A DNA stretch of 64,000 nucleotides from an uncultured Chloroflexia bacterium (GTDB taxonomy: Bacteria > Chloroflexota > Limnocylindria > Limnocylindrales > CSP1-4). The notes under the pieces were generated by a model. That model was given only the letters and a program-made list of their open reading frames with translations. It did not search any database and was not told the origin of the DNA. The position numbers and the translations under genes are program-made. Shown piece by piece: positions 10,466 through 19,439 of the stretch (position 1 is the stretch's first letter; each line of letters starts with the position of its first letter). The DNA is taken from NCBI GenBank assembly GCA_963734535.1, contig CAVTHS010000002.1:229551-293550 (forward strand), given 5' to 3'.

Positions 10466-11884
10466 GTGACCGAACCCCAGCCCGACCCGAACGCCGTCGC
10501 GCCTTCCGTCGCGAACCTCGACGTCATCGTGAGCCTGGCGAAGCGCCGCGGCTTCGTCTTCCCCTCGTCGGAGATCTACGGCGGGATCAACGCCGTCTGG
10601 GACTACGGGCCGCTCGGTGTCGAGCTCAAGAACAACGTCAAGCGCGCCTGGTGGCGGGCCATGGTCCAGGAGCGTGACGACGTGGTTGGCGTCGACGCCG
10701 GGATCCTCATGCATCCGCAGGTGTGGGTGACCTCCGGCCACGTCGGGTCGTTCAGCGATCCGCTCGTGGAATGCGCCTCCTGCCGGCGACGCTACCGGCT
10801 CGACGAGCTGCCCGGCGCGGAGGAGCTCAGCCAGACCGACATCAAGGACCCGGAGATCGTCGACCGCCTGAAGCTGACCTGTCCGGCCGACGGCGGGAAG
10901 CTCTCGGCGCCGCGGCGCTTCAACCTGATGTTCAAGACGTACATGGGACCGGTCGAGGACGAGGCGGCGATCGTCTACCTCCGCCCGGAGACGGCCCAGG
11001 GCAGCTACGTCAACTTCAAGAACGTGCGTGAATCGACCCGCAAGAAGCTCCCCTTCGGGATCGCCCAGATCGGGAAGAGCTTCCGCAACGAGATCAGCCC
11101 GGGCAACTTCGTGTTCCGGATGCGCGAGTTCGAGCAGATGGAGATGCAGTACTTCGTCCGGCCGGGCGAGGGCGCCGCGACCGCGTTCGAGGAGTGGCTT
11201 CCGAAGCGCATGGCCTGGTACGAGGCCTACGGCGTCACTCGCTCCCGCCTGCGCTTCCGCGAGCACGCGCCCGACGAGCTGGCGCACTACGCGAAGAAGG
11301 CGATCGACGTCGAGTACCGGTTCCCATTCGGCTGGAAGGAGCTCGAGGGGATCCACAACCGCGGCGAATGGGACCTTGGCAACCACGCGAAGGCCTCCGG
11401 CGAGAACCTGGAGTACTTCGACCCGGCGACGGACGAGCATTTCATCCCCTGGGTCGTCGAGACGGCGGCCGGTGCCGATCGCGCCGCGTTCACCTTCCTG
11501 ATCGATGCCTATCGCGAGGAGGAGGTCCGCGGCGAGAAGCGGGTCGTGCTTGGAATCCACCCGGACCTCGCGCCGTACAAGGTCGCCGTGCTGCCGCTCC
11601 TCAAGAAGCGGCCCGAGATCGTGGAGCTGTGCCACCGGATCAAGGACGATCTCAAGCGGCAGACGATGGCCGTCTACGACGACACGGCCGCGATCGGCAA
11701 GCTCTACCGCCGCCAGGACGAGATCGGCACGCCGTGGTGCGTCACGGTCGACGTGGACTCGCTCGAGGACGGCAACGTCACGGTCCGCGACCGCGATGCG
11801 ATGACGCAGGAGCGGATCTCGGCCGGCCAGGTCACCCGTTACATCACCGACAAGCTCGACGAGGCGCGGCCCCGGGGCCTGTAG
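10466..11884 (+). CDS. glyQS: Glycine--tRNA ligase, alpha2 type
   Basis: KRRGFVFPSSEIYGG, YLRPETAQG, GKSFRNEISPGNFVFRMREFEQMEM, YRRQDEIGTP. Confidence 0.96.
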   Translation: MTEPQPDPNAVAPSVANLDVIVSLAKRRGFVFPSSEIYGGINAVWDYGPLGVELKNNVKRAWWRAMVQERDDVVGVDAGILMHPQVWVTSGHVGSFSDPLVECASCRRRYRLDELPGAEELSQTDIKDPEIVDRLKLTCPADGGKLSAPRRFNLMFKTYMGPVEDEAAIVYLRPETAQGSYVNFKNVRESTRKKLPFGIAQIGKSFRNEISPGNFVFRMREFEQMEMQYFVRPGEGAATAFEEWLPKRMAWYEAYGVTRSRLRFREHAPDELAHYAKKAIDVEYRFPFGWKELEGIHNRGEWDLGNHAKASGENLEYFDPATDEHFIPWVVETAAGADRAAFTFLIDAYREEEVRGEKRVVLGIHPDLAPYKVAVLPLLKKRPEIVELCHRIKDDLKRQTMAVYDDTAAIGKLYRRQDEIGTPWCVTVDVDSLEDGNVTVRDRDAMTQERISAGQVTRYITDKLDEARPRGL

Positions 11885-12017
11885 CCCAGCGCCGGGCAGG
11901 TCTCCCGGGGGAGCGGCACAGCGCGGTTCGAGGTCCGGGCCACGAAGGTCGGTCGGCGCCGGGGCGGACCTGGCGCCCGTGTCGGCACGCGTAAGGACGC
12001 GATACGCGACGCCGACG

Positions 12018-12187
12018 AGGATTCCCGACGCGGCATCGCGCGTACGCGCTGGGTACGCGGCAACGGCCAGGATTCCCGAACGTGGCATCGCGCGTAAGCG
12101 CTGGGTACGCGGCAACGGCCAGGATTCCCGACGTGGCATCGCGCGTAAGCGCTGGGTACGCGGCAACGGCCAGGATTCCCGACGTGG
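12018..12187. repeat. Left tandem array: about 3.3 copies of a 51-52-bp unit ending at the start of the HTH-nuclease gene
   Basis: Units start at 12018, 12069, 12121, 12172 (partial); consensus AGGATTCCCGACGTGGCATCGCGCGTAAGCGCTGGGTACGCGGCAACGGCC. Confidence 0.95.
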
Positions 12188-12927
12188 ATCCAATTCGACT
12201 CGGCCGCTCGCTCCGCGTCATCCGGCGCTCGCGCGGACTGCGGCAGCTCGACGTCGCGAAGGCTGGCGGCGTCTCGCAGACGCTGGTCTCGGCGATCGAG
12301 CGCGGCCATGGCCAGCATGTCGCCGTAGCGACGCTGGCGCGCGTGTTCGCCGCCCTCGACGCCGACGTCGAGCTCGTGGTGCGCTATCGCGGCGGGACGC
12401 TCGACCGGTTGCTCGACGAGCGCCATGCGGCGACAGTCGCAGCCGTGATGGCCACCCTGGGCGCACGCCGGTGGTTGACCGCCGCCGAAGTCACGTTCAA
12501 CCATTACGGCGAGCGTGGATCGATCGACGTCCTGGCGGTCCACCCGGTCGCGGGCATCGCCCTCGTCGTCGAGGTCAAGACCGAGATCACCTCGGCCGAG
12601 GAGACGCTGCGCCGCCTCGACGTCAAGGTCCGCCTCGGGGCCGGGCTCGCGCGGGAGCGGTTCCGCCTGCCGGTGACCCGCGTCGTTCCTCTCCTCGCGG
12701 TCCTCGACTCCACCGCCAACCGAAGCCGGGTCTCGCGTCTCGCGCCCCTGCTCGATCCTGCGTTCCCGAACCGATCGGCGGACCTGCGCCACTGGCTCGC
12801 GAACCCAGCGACGGCGCCCGGCGGGCTCCTTTTCGTCCGGATTTCGCGCGGTAGTGCTGGTGGTGCTGGTATGTCGGGATCGCACCGCGTTCGACGGCGG
12901 GTCACCGTTGTCGCCAGCCAGCCCTGA
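12184..12927 (+). CDS. XRE-family HTH domain fused to a PD-(D/E)xK restriction-endonuclease-like domain
   Basis: LRVIRRSRGLRQLDVAKAGGVSQTLVSAIERG (XRE HTH); EVTFNHYGERGSIDVLA...VVEVKTE (E..D..ExK); alternative in-frame GTG starts at 12082 and 12133 inside the repeats. Confidence 0.8.
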   Translation: MDPIRLGRSLRVIRRSRGLRQLDVAKAGGVSQTLVSAIERGHGQHVAVATLARVFAALDADVELVVRYRGGTLDRLLDERHAATVAAVMATLGARRWLTAAEVTFNHYGERGSIDVLAVHPVAGIALVVEVKTEITSAEETLRRLDVKVRLGAGLARERFRLPVTRVVPLLAVLDSTANRSRVSRLAPLLDPAFPNRSADLRHWLANPATAPGGLLFVRISRGSAGGAGMSGSHRVRRRVTVVASQP

Positions 12928-12979
12928 GCACGAATCGGGATTGGAGGGCGGGCATGAAGCCCACGATGGCATCGCGAGC

Positions 12980-13180
12980 CGCGCTTACCAGCACCGGGGG
13001 TGCTGCCGCGGGCGGGATGGGGACAGTCGGCGCGCTTACCAGCACCCGGAGTGCTGCCGCGGGCGGGACGCGGGCAGTGGCGCGCTTACCAGCACCGGGA
13101 GTGCTGCCGCGGGCGGGATTGGGACGCCGGCGCGCTTACCAGCACCGGGACTGCTGCCGCGGGCGGGACGCGGGCGCGCG
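12980..13180. repeat. Right tandem array: 4 copies of a 50-51-bp unit with an internal hairpin and a variable 12-13-nt segment
   Basis: Units at 12980, 13031, 13081, 13131; 38-nt core CGCGCTTACCAGCACCSGGRSTGCTGCCGCGGGCGGGA with CAGCAC/GTGCTG stem. Confidence 0.95.
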
Positions 13181-13224
13181 GCGCGCGGCGCACGCCACCA
13201 GCCGCGGCCCGCAGACGTCCCGGG

Positions 13225-14791
13225 TCAGCCCCCTGGGGTGGTTCCGGCCGTTGCCGCCGCCGGGGCGAGCGACGCCGCCGGGGCGAGCGACTCGTCCGTG
13301 GGTGGGTACTCGCCGCGCAGCCACGCGTCGACCGACGCCGCCGCGCGCTTGCCGTCGCCCATCGCGAGGATGACCGTGGCCGCCCCGCGCACGATGTCGC
13401 CGCCGGCGAAGACGCCCGGCAGCGACGACATCCCGTGCTCGTCGGTGACGATGTAGCCGGCCTGGTTGAGCGCGAGGTCCGGCTCGGATGCGGTCAGCAG
13501 CGGATTGGAGCGCGTCCCGATCGCGACCACGACCATCTCGCAATCGATGACGAACTCGGAGCCCTCGATCGGGATCGGGCGGCGCCTGCCGGACGCGTCG
13601 GGCTCGCCGAGCTCCATCCGGATGCAGCGGAGACCGGTCACCCAGCGGTTCTCGTCGGCCAGCACCTCGAGGGGCGCGACCTGCAGCTCGAAGCGGATTC
13701 CCTCCTGCTCCGCGTGGTGGACCTCCTCGGCCCGGGCGGGGAGCTCGGCCTTGCCGCGCCGGTAGACGATCGTCGCCTCGTCCGCGCCGAGCCGCTTCGC
13801 GGTCCGGACCGAATCCATGGCGACGTTTCCCCCTCCGACCACGACGACCCGGTGGCCCTTGAGGACCGGCGTGTCGGATTCGGGGTTCCAGGCGCCCATG
13901 AGATTGACGCGCGTCAGGTACTCGTTGGCCGAGTAGACGCCCTTGTAGTTCTCGCCGGGGACGTTCATGAATACCGGCAGGCCGGCGCCCACCGCCAGGA
14001 AGACGGCGTCGAACCGCTCGCGCAGCTCCCGCAGCGTGTACGTGCGCCCGATGATCGCGTTCGTCTCGATCTTCACGCCCGACGCCACCAGCCGGTCGAC
14101 CTCCTGCTGGACGATGTCCTTCGGGAGCCGGAACTCGGGAATTCCATAGATGAGGACACCGCCGGCCGCGTGGAACGCCTCGAACACCGTGACGTCGTGG
14201 CCCTGCTTCACGAGCTCGCCGGCCGCGGTCAGGCCGGCCGGCCCGGAGCCGACGACCGCGACCGAACGACCCGACGACGTCGGCGCGTTGGCCTTCGAGC
14301 GCGTCAGGGTGCTCCATCGCCCAGTCGGCCACGAAGCGCTCGAGGGAGCCGATGGCGACGGACGCACCCTTCTTCGAGCGAACGCAGCGACCCTCGCACT
14401 GGATCTCCTGGGGACAGACCCGGCCCGTCACGCACGGGAGCGCGTTGTCGTCGAGCAGCGAGGCCGCGGCGCCGTCCATGTCCCCGACGCGGAGCCGCTC
14501 GATGAAGAGCGGGATGTTCACCCGGACGGGGCACCCCTCGATGCAGACCGGGTTCTTGCACTGGAGGCAGCGCTCCGCCTCGAGCATGGCGAGCTGCTGC
14601 GAGTAGCCGAGGTTCACCTCGCGGAAATTGGCCGCGCGCAGGAGCGCGTCCTGCTCCGGCATGTGGCTCCGGTCGATGGTCATCCGCTCCTTGGGGGAAA
14701 GCGGGTGGTCGAACGCCGGGGTGAAGGTCGGGTCGCCGAGGGCCGCGTCCGGTTCCCCCATCCCGGAGGCCGGGGTCGGCTGGTCCGTCAT
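13225..14791 (-). CDS. nfnB: NfnB / GltD-like NADPH-dependent Fe-S flavoprotein (frameshift near 14295)
   Basis: EAERCLQCKNPVCIEGCPV and GRVCPQEIQCEGRC in one frame; VAVVGSGPAGL, YGIPEFRLPK, VVGGGNVAMD, FAGGDIVRGAATVILAM in the next; ATGA coupling to the nfnA-like gene. Confidence 0.82.
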
Positions 14792-15774
14792 GCGCGCGGC
14801 TCCCCGGCTGCGGCGGCTGCCTCCTGCCGCTCGGCGGCGGTCGCGAGGCCCGGGATCAGGCAGCTGCCCTCCGGCGCGTGGATCGGCGCCGAGCCGGACA
14901 CGCCCGCCGAGAGCGCCGAGTCCGCAGAGCCCGGTGCCGCCGTCTGCGCCCCGGCCCGGCGAATGCGCGCCACCTCGAGCGCATGCGCCTCGAAGTCCCG
15001 GTAGGTGCCGAGCCGATCGGCAAGCTCGCGGAAGTCGACCTGGTGGGCGTCGAACTCGGGCCCGTCGACGCAGGCATAGACCGTCTTGCCGCCGACGGCG
15101 ACACGGCACCCGCCGCACATGCCCGTCCCGTCGAGCATGATCGCGTTGAGCGACGCGAAGGTCGGGACATCGTACGGCCGGGTGAGCTCGGCGACCGCCC
15201 GCATCATCGGGACCGGGCCGACCGCGTAGACCGCGTCCACGCCGCCCGCCTCGATCACCTCGCGGAGCGCGTCCGTGACGAAGCCATGACGCCCGTAGCT
15301 GCCGTCATCCGTGCACGTGATGACGCGGCCGGCGCGGCGGAGCTCGTCTTCGAAGATGACCCATTCCTTCGATCGCCCGCCGATGACGCTGATCACCTCG
15401 ACCCCGAGCGCGGCCAGCCCGAGCGCGATCGGGTGCACGACCGCCGTCCCGACGCCGCCGCCGACGCAGACGGCGCGCCCGTGGTCGAGCAGCTCGGTTG
15501 CCTTGCCCAGCGGACCGGCGACGTCCGCGATCGCCTCGCCGGGCCGCAGCGCCACGAGGTCCTCGGTGCTCTTGCCGACGGCCTGGATCACGAGCGTGAT
15601 CGTGCCGCGCTCCGGATCCGCGTCCGCGATCGTGAGCGGGATCCGCTCGGCGCCGGGAGCGCGGTGGACGATGACGAACTGGCCGGGCCGGCGAATCGCC
15701 GCGATTCGCGGCGCCTCGATGACGAGGCGGGTCACGTTCGGCGAGAGCTGGGCCGTGTCAATGACGGTGTGCAT
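14788..15774 (-). CDS. nfnA: NfnA / sulfide-dehydrogenase-beta-like FAD/NAD-binding 2Fe-2S subunit
   Basis: PGQFVIV...ERIPLTIAD, GPLG, GGGVG, TDDGSYGRHGFVT, IMLDGTGMCGGCRV...CVDGPEFD. Confidence 0.85.
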   Translation of the reverse strand: MHTVIDTAQLSPNVTRLVIEAPRIAAIRRPGQFVIVHRAPGAERIPLTIADADPERGTITLVIQAVGKSTEDLVALRPGEAIADVAGPLGKATELLDHGRAVCVGGGVGTAVVHPIALGLAALGVEVISVIGGRSKEWVIFEDELRRAGRVITCTDDGSYGRHGFVTDALREVIEAGGVDAVYAVGPVPMMRAVAELTRPYDVPTFASLNAIMLDGTGMCGGCRVAVGGKTVYACVDGPEFDAHQVDFRELADRLGTYRDFEAHALEVARIRRAGAQTAAPGSADSALSAGVSGSAPIHAPEGSCLIPGLATAAERQEAAAAAGEPRA

Positions 15775-15895
15775 CGGGGCTCCGGAGCGGGGTGGGCATG
15801 TTCGACTCCACTATGCACCGCACGCAGGGATTCGATGCATGCGCAAGGGTGCATGGATCGAGGGGCCGAAAGTCACATCGCCGAGGTGACCGAAC

Positions 15896-15924
15896 CGGCC
15901 CGAAGCAGGTGCTGGTTCGGGCCG
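15896..15924. terminator. Hairpin between ferredoxin and nfnA
   Basis: CGGCCCGAAGCAG-gtg-CTGGTTCGGGCCG, 13-bp stem with one mismatch. Confidence 0.35.
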
Positions 15925-16002
15925 AATGCGCCGCACCCGGCGCCCGCCGACCGGCGGCGTGACCGCGCCCGCCGAGCGGCCCTTGTCAGCCGCCGAGCAG
16001 GG

Positions 16003-16224
16003 TCAGATCGCGACCGCCGCCACCGCCGCCGTCGACCTGGAGGCGGCGACGATCGCCTCGGTCGGGCAGATCTCGACGCCGACGCATCCGCCCGTCGTGA
16101 TGCAGTCCGTGCACACGGCGGGGTCGACGACGTAGACCTCGCCCGCCTTCGAGATCGCCCCACATGGGCACTCCGGCTCGCAGTTCCCGCAGCCGATGCA
16201 GTCGTCGGTGATCGCGCTTGCCAT
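16003..16224 (-). CDS. Small 4Fe-4S dicluster ferredoxin
   Basis: CIGCGNCEPECP and CTDC...CVGVEICP; GAGG RBS upstream. Confidence 0.85.
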   Translation of the reverse strand: MASAITDDCIGCGNCEPECPCGAISKAGEVYVVDPAVCTDCITTGGCVGVEICPTEAIVAASRSTAAVAAVAI

Positions 16225-16237
16225 GTGCGTGCCCTCT

Positions 16238-16675
16238 CTAGAGCGCGGCGACGGCCGGGCCGCCTGCCGCGTCGCCCGGGCCGGGGGGACTGCCGGCGGG
16301 CTGCTGCTGATGCCATTCCTGGTGCCCGGGCCGCGGCGCGCCCGGCGCCGCCCCGGTGTGGAGGTGAACCCGGGGCGCATCCACCGACATGTGGAGGCTG
16401 TCCTTGTTGCACGCGTCGACGCACACGCCGCAGGCGATGCAGCGGAGCTGCTCGATGGCGAAGAAGCGATCCTCCCGCGAGCAGGTCAGCGCCAGGGTCG
16501 GGCAGCGCCTGACGCAGAGCCCGCAGAAGACGCACGTGTCCAGGTCGAACTCGATCGTCCCGCGGGTCCCGGCGAAATGCGGCCGGGTCTCGCTGGGGTA
16601 GCGACGCGTGGCCGGTCGCGACACGAGGTTGCGCAGCGAGCGGCCGACCATGGGGAGGTTGAAGGGGTTGGCCAT
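16238..16675 (-). CDS. echF: Ech hydrogenase 2x[4Fe-4S] subunit F (NuoI-like)
   Basis: PATRRYP, CVFCGLCVRRCP, CIACGVCVDAC; last ech gene. Confidence 0.82.
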   Translation of the reverse strand: MANPFNLPMVGRSLRNLVSRPATRRYPSETRPHFAGTRGTIEFDLDTCVFCGLCVRRCPTLALTCSREDRFFAIEQLRCIACGVCVDACNKDSLHMSVDAPRVHLHTGAAPGAPRPGHQEWHQQQPAGSPPGPGDAAGGPAVAAL

Positions 16676-16676
16676 C

Positions 16677-17762
16677 TCAGCGCTCCGTGCAGCTGATGCA
16701 GGGGTCGATCGTCATGATGATGTTCGGCACGTCCGCGAGGTCGCAGCCCTTGACCAGCTTGATCATGGCCGGGATGTTCGCGAAGGTCGGCGTGCGGGCC
16801 CGGAACCGCTCCAGGTTCTTCGTGCCGTTGGCCTTGATGTAGTAGATGACCTCGCCCCGAGGCTGCTCGAGCCGCTCGAACGTCTCCCCGGTCGGGTTGC
16901 CGCGCACCTTCACGTCGATCGGGGCACCGTCGCCCTTCGGCATCCGCTCGACGGCCTGGCGGATCAGCTCGATCGACTGCGTGATCTCGCGCACGCGCAC
17001 GACGACCCGGGCAAGGCAGTCCCCGGCCGTCTCGAGGACCGGTTCGAAATCGAGCCGGTCGTAGAAGTGCGTCCCGGTGAGCCGCGTATCGAGGGCGATG
17101 CCGGACGCGCGGGCCATCGGGCCGACCGCGTCCACCGCGTGCGCATCCTCCCGGCTCAGGACGCCGACGCCGGACAGGCGATGCCGGATCGACGGGTCCG
17201 TCTCGAAGATGCGGGCGGTCTCGGTGAAGCCGGCCCCGAGCTCCTGCAGCGTCGCCACGATCGCGGCGAGCTCGGAGTCCTCGATGTCGCGGCGCACGCC
17301 GCCGATCTTGTTGACCGAGAAGATGATCCGGCCGCCGGTCGTCTTCTCGAAGATGTCGAGGACCTGCTCGCGCGTCCGCCAGCAGTGCATGAAGAGGTTC
17401 TCGAAGCCGAACGCATCGGCACCGAGGCCCAGCCACAGCAGGTGGCTGTGGACGCGCGACATCTCGGCCCAGATCAGGCGCAGCCAGCTGGCCCGCTCCG
17501 GGACCTCCACGGCCATGATCTTCTCCATGGCCACGGCGTAGCCCATGCCGTGCATGAAGCTGCAGATTCCGCAGATGCGCTCCACGACGTAGCCGAACTC
17601 GCCGAACTCGATTCGCTCGACGAGCGCCTCCAGGCCGCGATGGATGTAGCCGATGGTGGGGATCGCGTCCACGACCTTTTCGTCCTCGAGGACGAGGTCG
17701 AGCACGAGCGGCTCGGGCAGCACCGGGTGCTGGGGCCCCATCGGGACGACGGTGCGCTTCAT
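16677..17762 (-). CDS. echE: Ech [NiFe]-hydrogenase large subunit E (group 4)
   Basis: GPQHPVLPEP, GYIHRGLE, L1 ERICGIC, L2 DPCISC ending TER with no cleavable extension. Confidence 0.92.
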   Translation of the reverse strand: MKRTVVPMGPQHPVLPEPLVLDLVLEDEKVVDAIPTIGYIHRGLEALVERIEFGEFGYVVERICGICSFMHGMGYAVAMEKIMAVEVPERASWLRLIWAEMSRVHSHLLWLGLGADAFGFENLFMHCWRTREQVLDIFEKTTGGRIIFSVNKIGGVRRDIEDSELAAIVATLQELGAGFTETARIFETDPSIRHRLSGVGVLSREDAHAVDAVGPMARASGIALDTRLTGTHFYDRLDFEPVLETAGDCLARVVVRVREITQSIELIRQAVERMPKGDGAPIDVKVRGNPTGETFERLEQPRGEVIYYIKANGTKNLERFRARTPTFANIPAMIKLVKGCDLADVPNIIMTIDPCISCTER

Positions 17763-18154
17763 GCCTTCTTGCCCGCGTGGTCCTTGCCCAGCGCGTCGAG
17801 GCGTGCGCGGATCGCGCTCGGCGAGAACGGCACGATGGTCGAGGTCTTGTAGAGCTGGCCCTTCAGGTCGAGCGCGATCCCGGTGACGTTGACCCCGAAG
17901 AGCTCCCGCATCTCGTTCTCGTAGAGGAACGCGGCACCGAAAAAGGCCGAGATGCTCGGGACCTCCTCGCCGGGGAGGACGTGCTCGCGGAGATGCTCGA
18001 GCCTTCCGTCGTCCTGCGCGAACGACCAGCTGATGTCGAAGGCGCCGCCTTCGGCCTCCTCCGAGGGCAGGATCGAGGTCGTGTTGATGATCGCCAGCCG
18101 CCAGCCGTCCCGCTGGTAGGCGCCGACCCGGTCGAGGAATGCCTGGGGGTCCAT
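17759..18154 (-). CDS. echD: Ech subunit D (NuoC-like)
   Basis: VPSISAFFGAAFLYENEMRELFGV; overlaps both neighbours. Confidence 0.82.
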   Translation of the reverse strand: MDPQAFLDRVGAYQRDGWRLAIINTTSILPSEEAEGGAFDISWSFAQDDGRLEHLREHVLPGEEVPSISAFFGAAFLYENEMRELFGVNVTGIALDLKGQLYKTSTIVPFSPSAIRARLDALGKDHAGKKA

Positions 18155-18579
18155 CACGCGGTCCGCCTTCGCTTCTGCTCGAGCGCCGCGATGCCCTGGA
18201 CCACGCCGTCGATGATGCTCTCTGGGCGGGCGGCGCAGCCGGGAACGTAGACGTCCACCGGCACGACCTGGTCGATGCCGCCCTGGATGTTGTAGGCGCG
18301 GGCGAAGATGCCGCCCGAGCAGGCGCAGGCCCCAACCGCGACGACGACCTTCGGGTCGGGCATCTGGCGGTGGAGGTTCTGGATGATCTCGACGTTCCGC
18401 TCGTTGACGCTGCCGGTCACCAGCAGGATGTCGGCGTGCTTCGGGTTGCCGGTGTTCACGACCCCGAACCGCTCGACGTCGTACAGCGGGGTGAGGCACG
18501 CGAGGACCTCGATGTCGCAGCCGTTGCAGCTCGACCCGTCGTAGTGAAGGATCCAGGGCGAGCGCTTGAAGAGGGACAT
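18154..18579 (-). CDS. echC: Ech hydrogenase small subunit C (NuoB-like)
   Basis: SPWILHYDGSSCNGCDIE, NPKHADILLVTG, GACACSGG, VDVYVPGCAARPE. Confidence 0.9.
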   Translation of the reverse strand: MSLFKRSPWILHYDGSSCNGCDIEVLACLTPLYDVERFGVVNTGNPKHADILLVTGSVNERNVEIIQNLHRQMPDPKVVVAVGACACSGGIFARAYNIQGGIDQVVPVDVYVPGCAARPESIIDGVVQGIAALEQKRRRTA

Positions 18580-18584
18580 CGGAC

Positions 18585-19439
18585 TCACCTGCCCACGAGG
18601 AAGAGCGCGAGCACGTTGCCGCCGGTGAGCAGCAGGGTGACGACCCACGTCGATCGCAGGACCAGCTGCCACTTCGCCCGCGAGGTCGAGTTGTCGACCA
18701 GGATCTCAAGGCCGTAGGCGATCGCGAAGGCGAGCAGCCCGAGCGGCACGCTCCAGTTGAAGAAGAGCACGACGAAGGCGCACAGCAGCGCCGACTCGTA
18801 CCAGTGGGCCAGCTCGACGTAGGCGAGCAGGCGCCCCGACATGTCCGAGGTCAGCCCGCTCACCAGCTCCTGGTGCGGGTGATGGGAGGTCGAGATGTCG
18901 AAGGGCGACTTGCGGAGCTTGATCGTGGCCACGAACAGGAAGGCGAGGACCACGCCGGGCAGCTGCAGCGCGACCAGCACGGGCGAGGCGAGGACACCCC
19001 CGAACGTGCTCTCCCCGGTCACCTTGCAGATGGCCGCCAGCATGAGGATGAAGAACGGCTCGGATGCCAGCAGGACCACCAGCTCGCGCTCCGCCCCCGC
19101 GAAGCTGTAGGGCGAGTTGACCGAGCCTGCCGCGAGGACCAGGCAGAGGGCGGCGAGGGCGAACACGAACGCGGTGAAGATGAGGTCGGTGCCGCCGACG
19201 GCCATCGCCCCTGCCGCGGCCATGAATCCCAGGTGGCCCAGGAGCAGCGGCTCCACGATCGGGTTGACCTGCCGCGCCTCCTTCTGGAAGAGCTTGCCCA
19301 CGTCGTAGAAGGGCTGGAGGAGCGGCGGCCCAACGCGGCCCTGCATCCGGGCGCTGACGATCCGGTCGACCCCGGCGAGGAGGCCGCCGAAGAGCGGCGC
19401 GACGACGACGAACACGAAGCCCCAGACGATCGGGTTCAT
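18585..19439 (-). CDS. echB: Ech membrane subunit B (NuoH-like)
   Basis: DRIVSARMQGRVGPPLLQPFYDVGKL; KLRKSPFDISTSHHPHQELVSG. Confidence 0.88.
   Translation of the reverse strand: MNPIVWGFVFVVVAPLFGGLLAGVDRIVSARMQGRVGPPLLQPFYDVGKLFQKEARQVNPIVEPLLLGHLGFMAAAGAMAVGGTDLIFTAFVFALAALCLVLAAGSVNSPYSFAGAERELVVLLASEPFFILMLAAICKVTGESTFGGVLASPVLVALQLPGVVLAFLFVATIKLRKSPFDISTSHHPHQELVSGLTSDMSGRLLAYVELAHWYESALLCAFVVLFFNWSVPLGLLAFAIAYGLEILVDNSTSRAKWQLVLRSTWVVTLLLTGGNVLALFLVGR

Noticed and set aside
12980-13180. Canonical CRISPR array
   Set aside because: Variable segments are only 12-13 nt and related to each other; no cas genes or leader in the window
11839-13456. Repetitive ORFs across the arrays (e.g. 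RAYQH.., SGILAVAAYP..)
   Set aside because: Translations of the DNA tandem repeats with no family features
13225-14791. Glutamate synthase small subunit
   Set aside because: No gltB nearby and translational coupling to an NfnA-like gene favours NfnB
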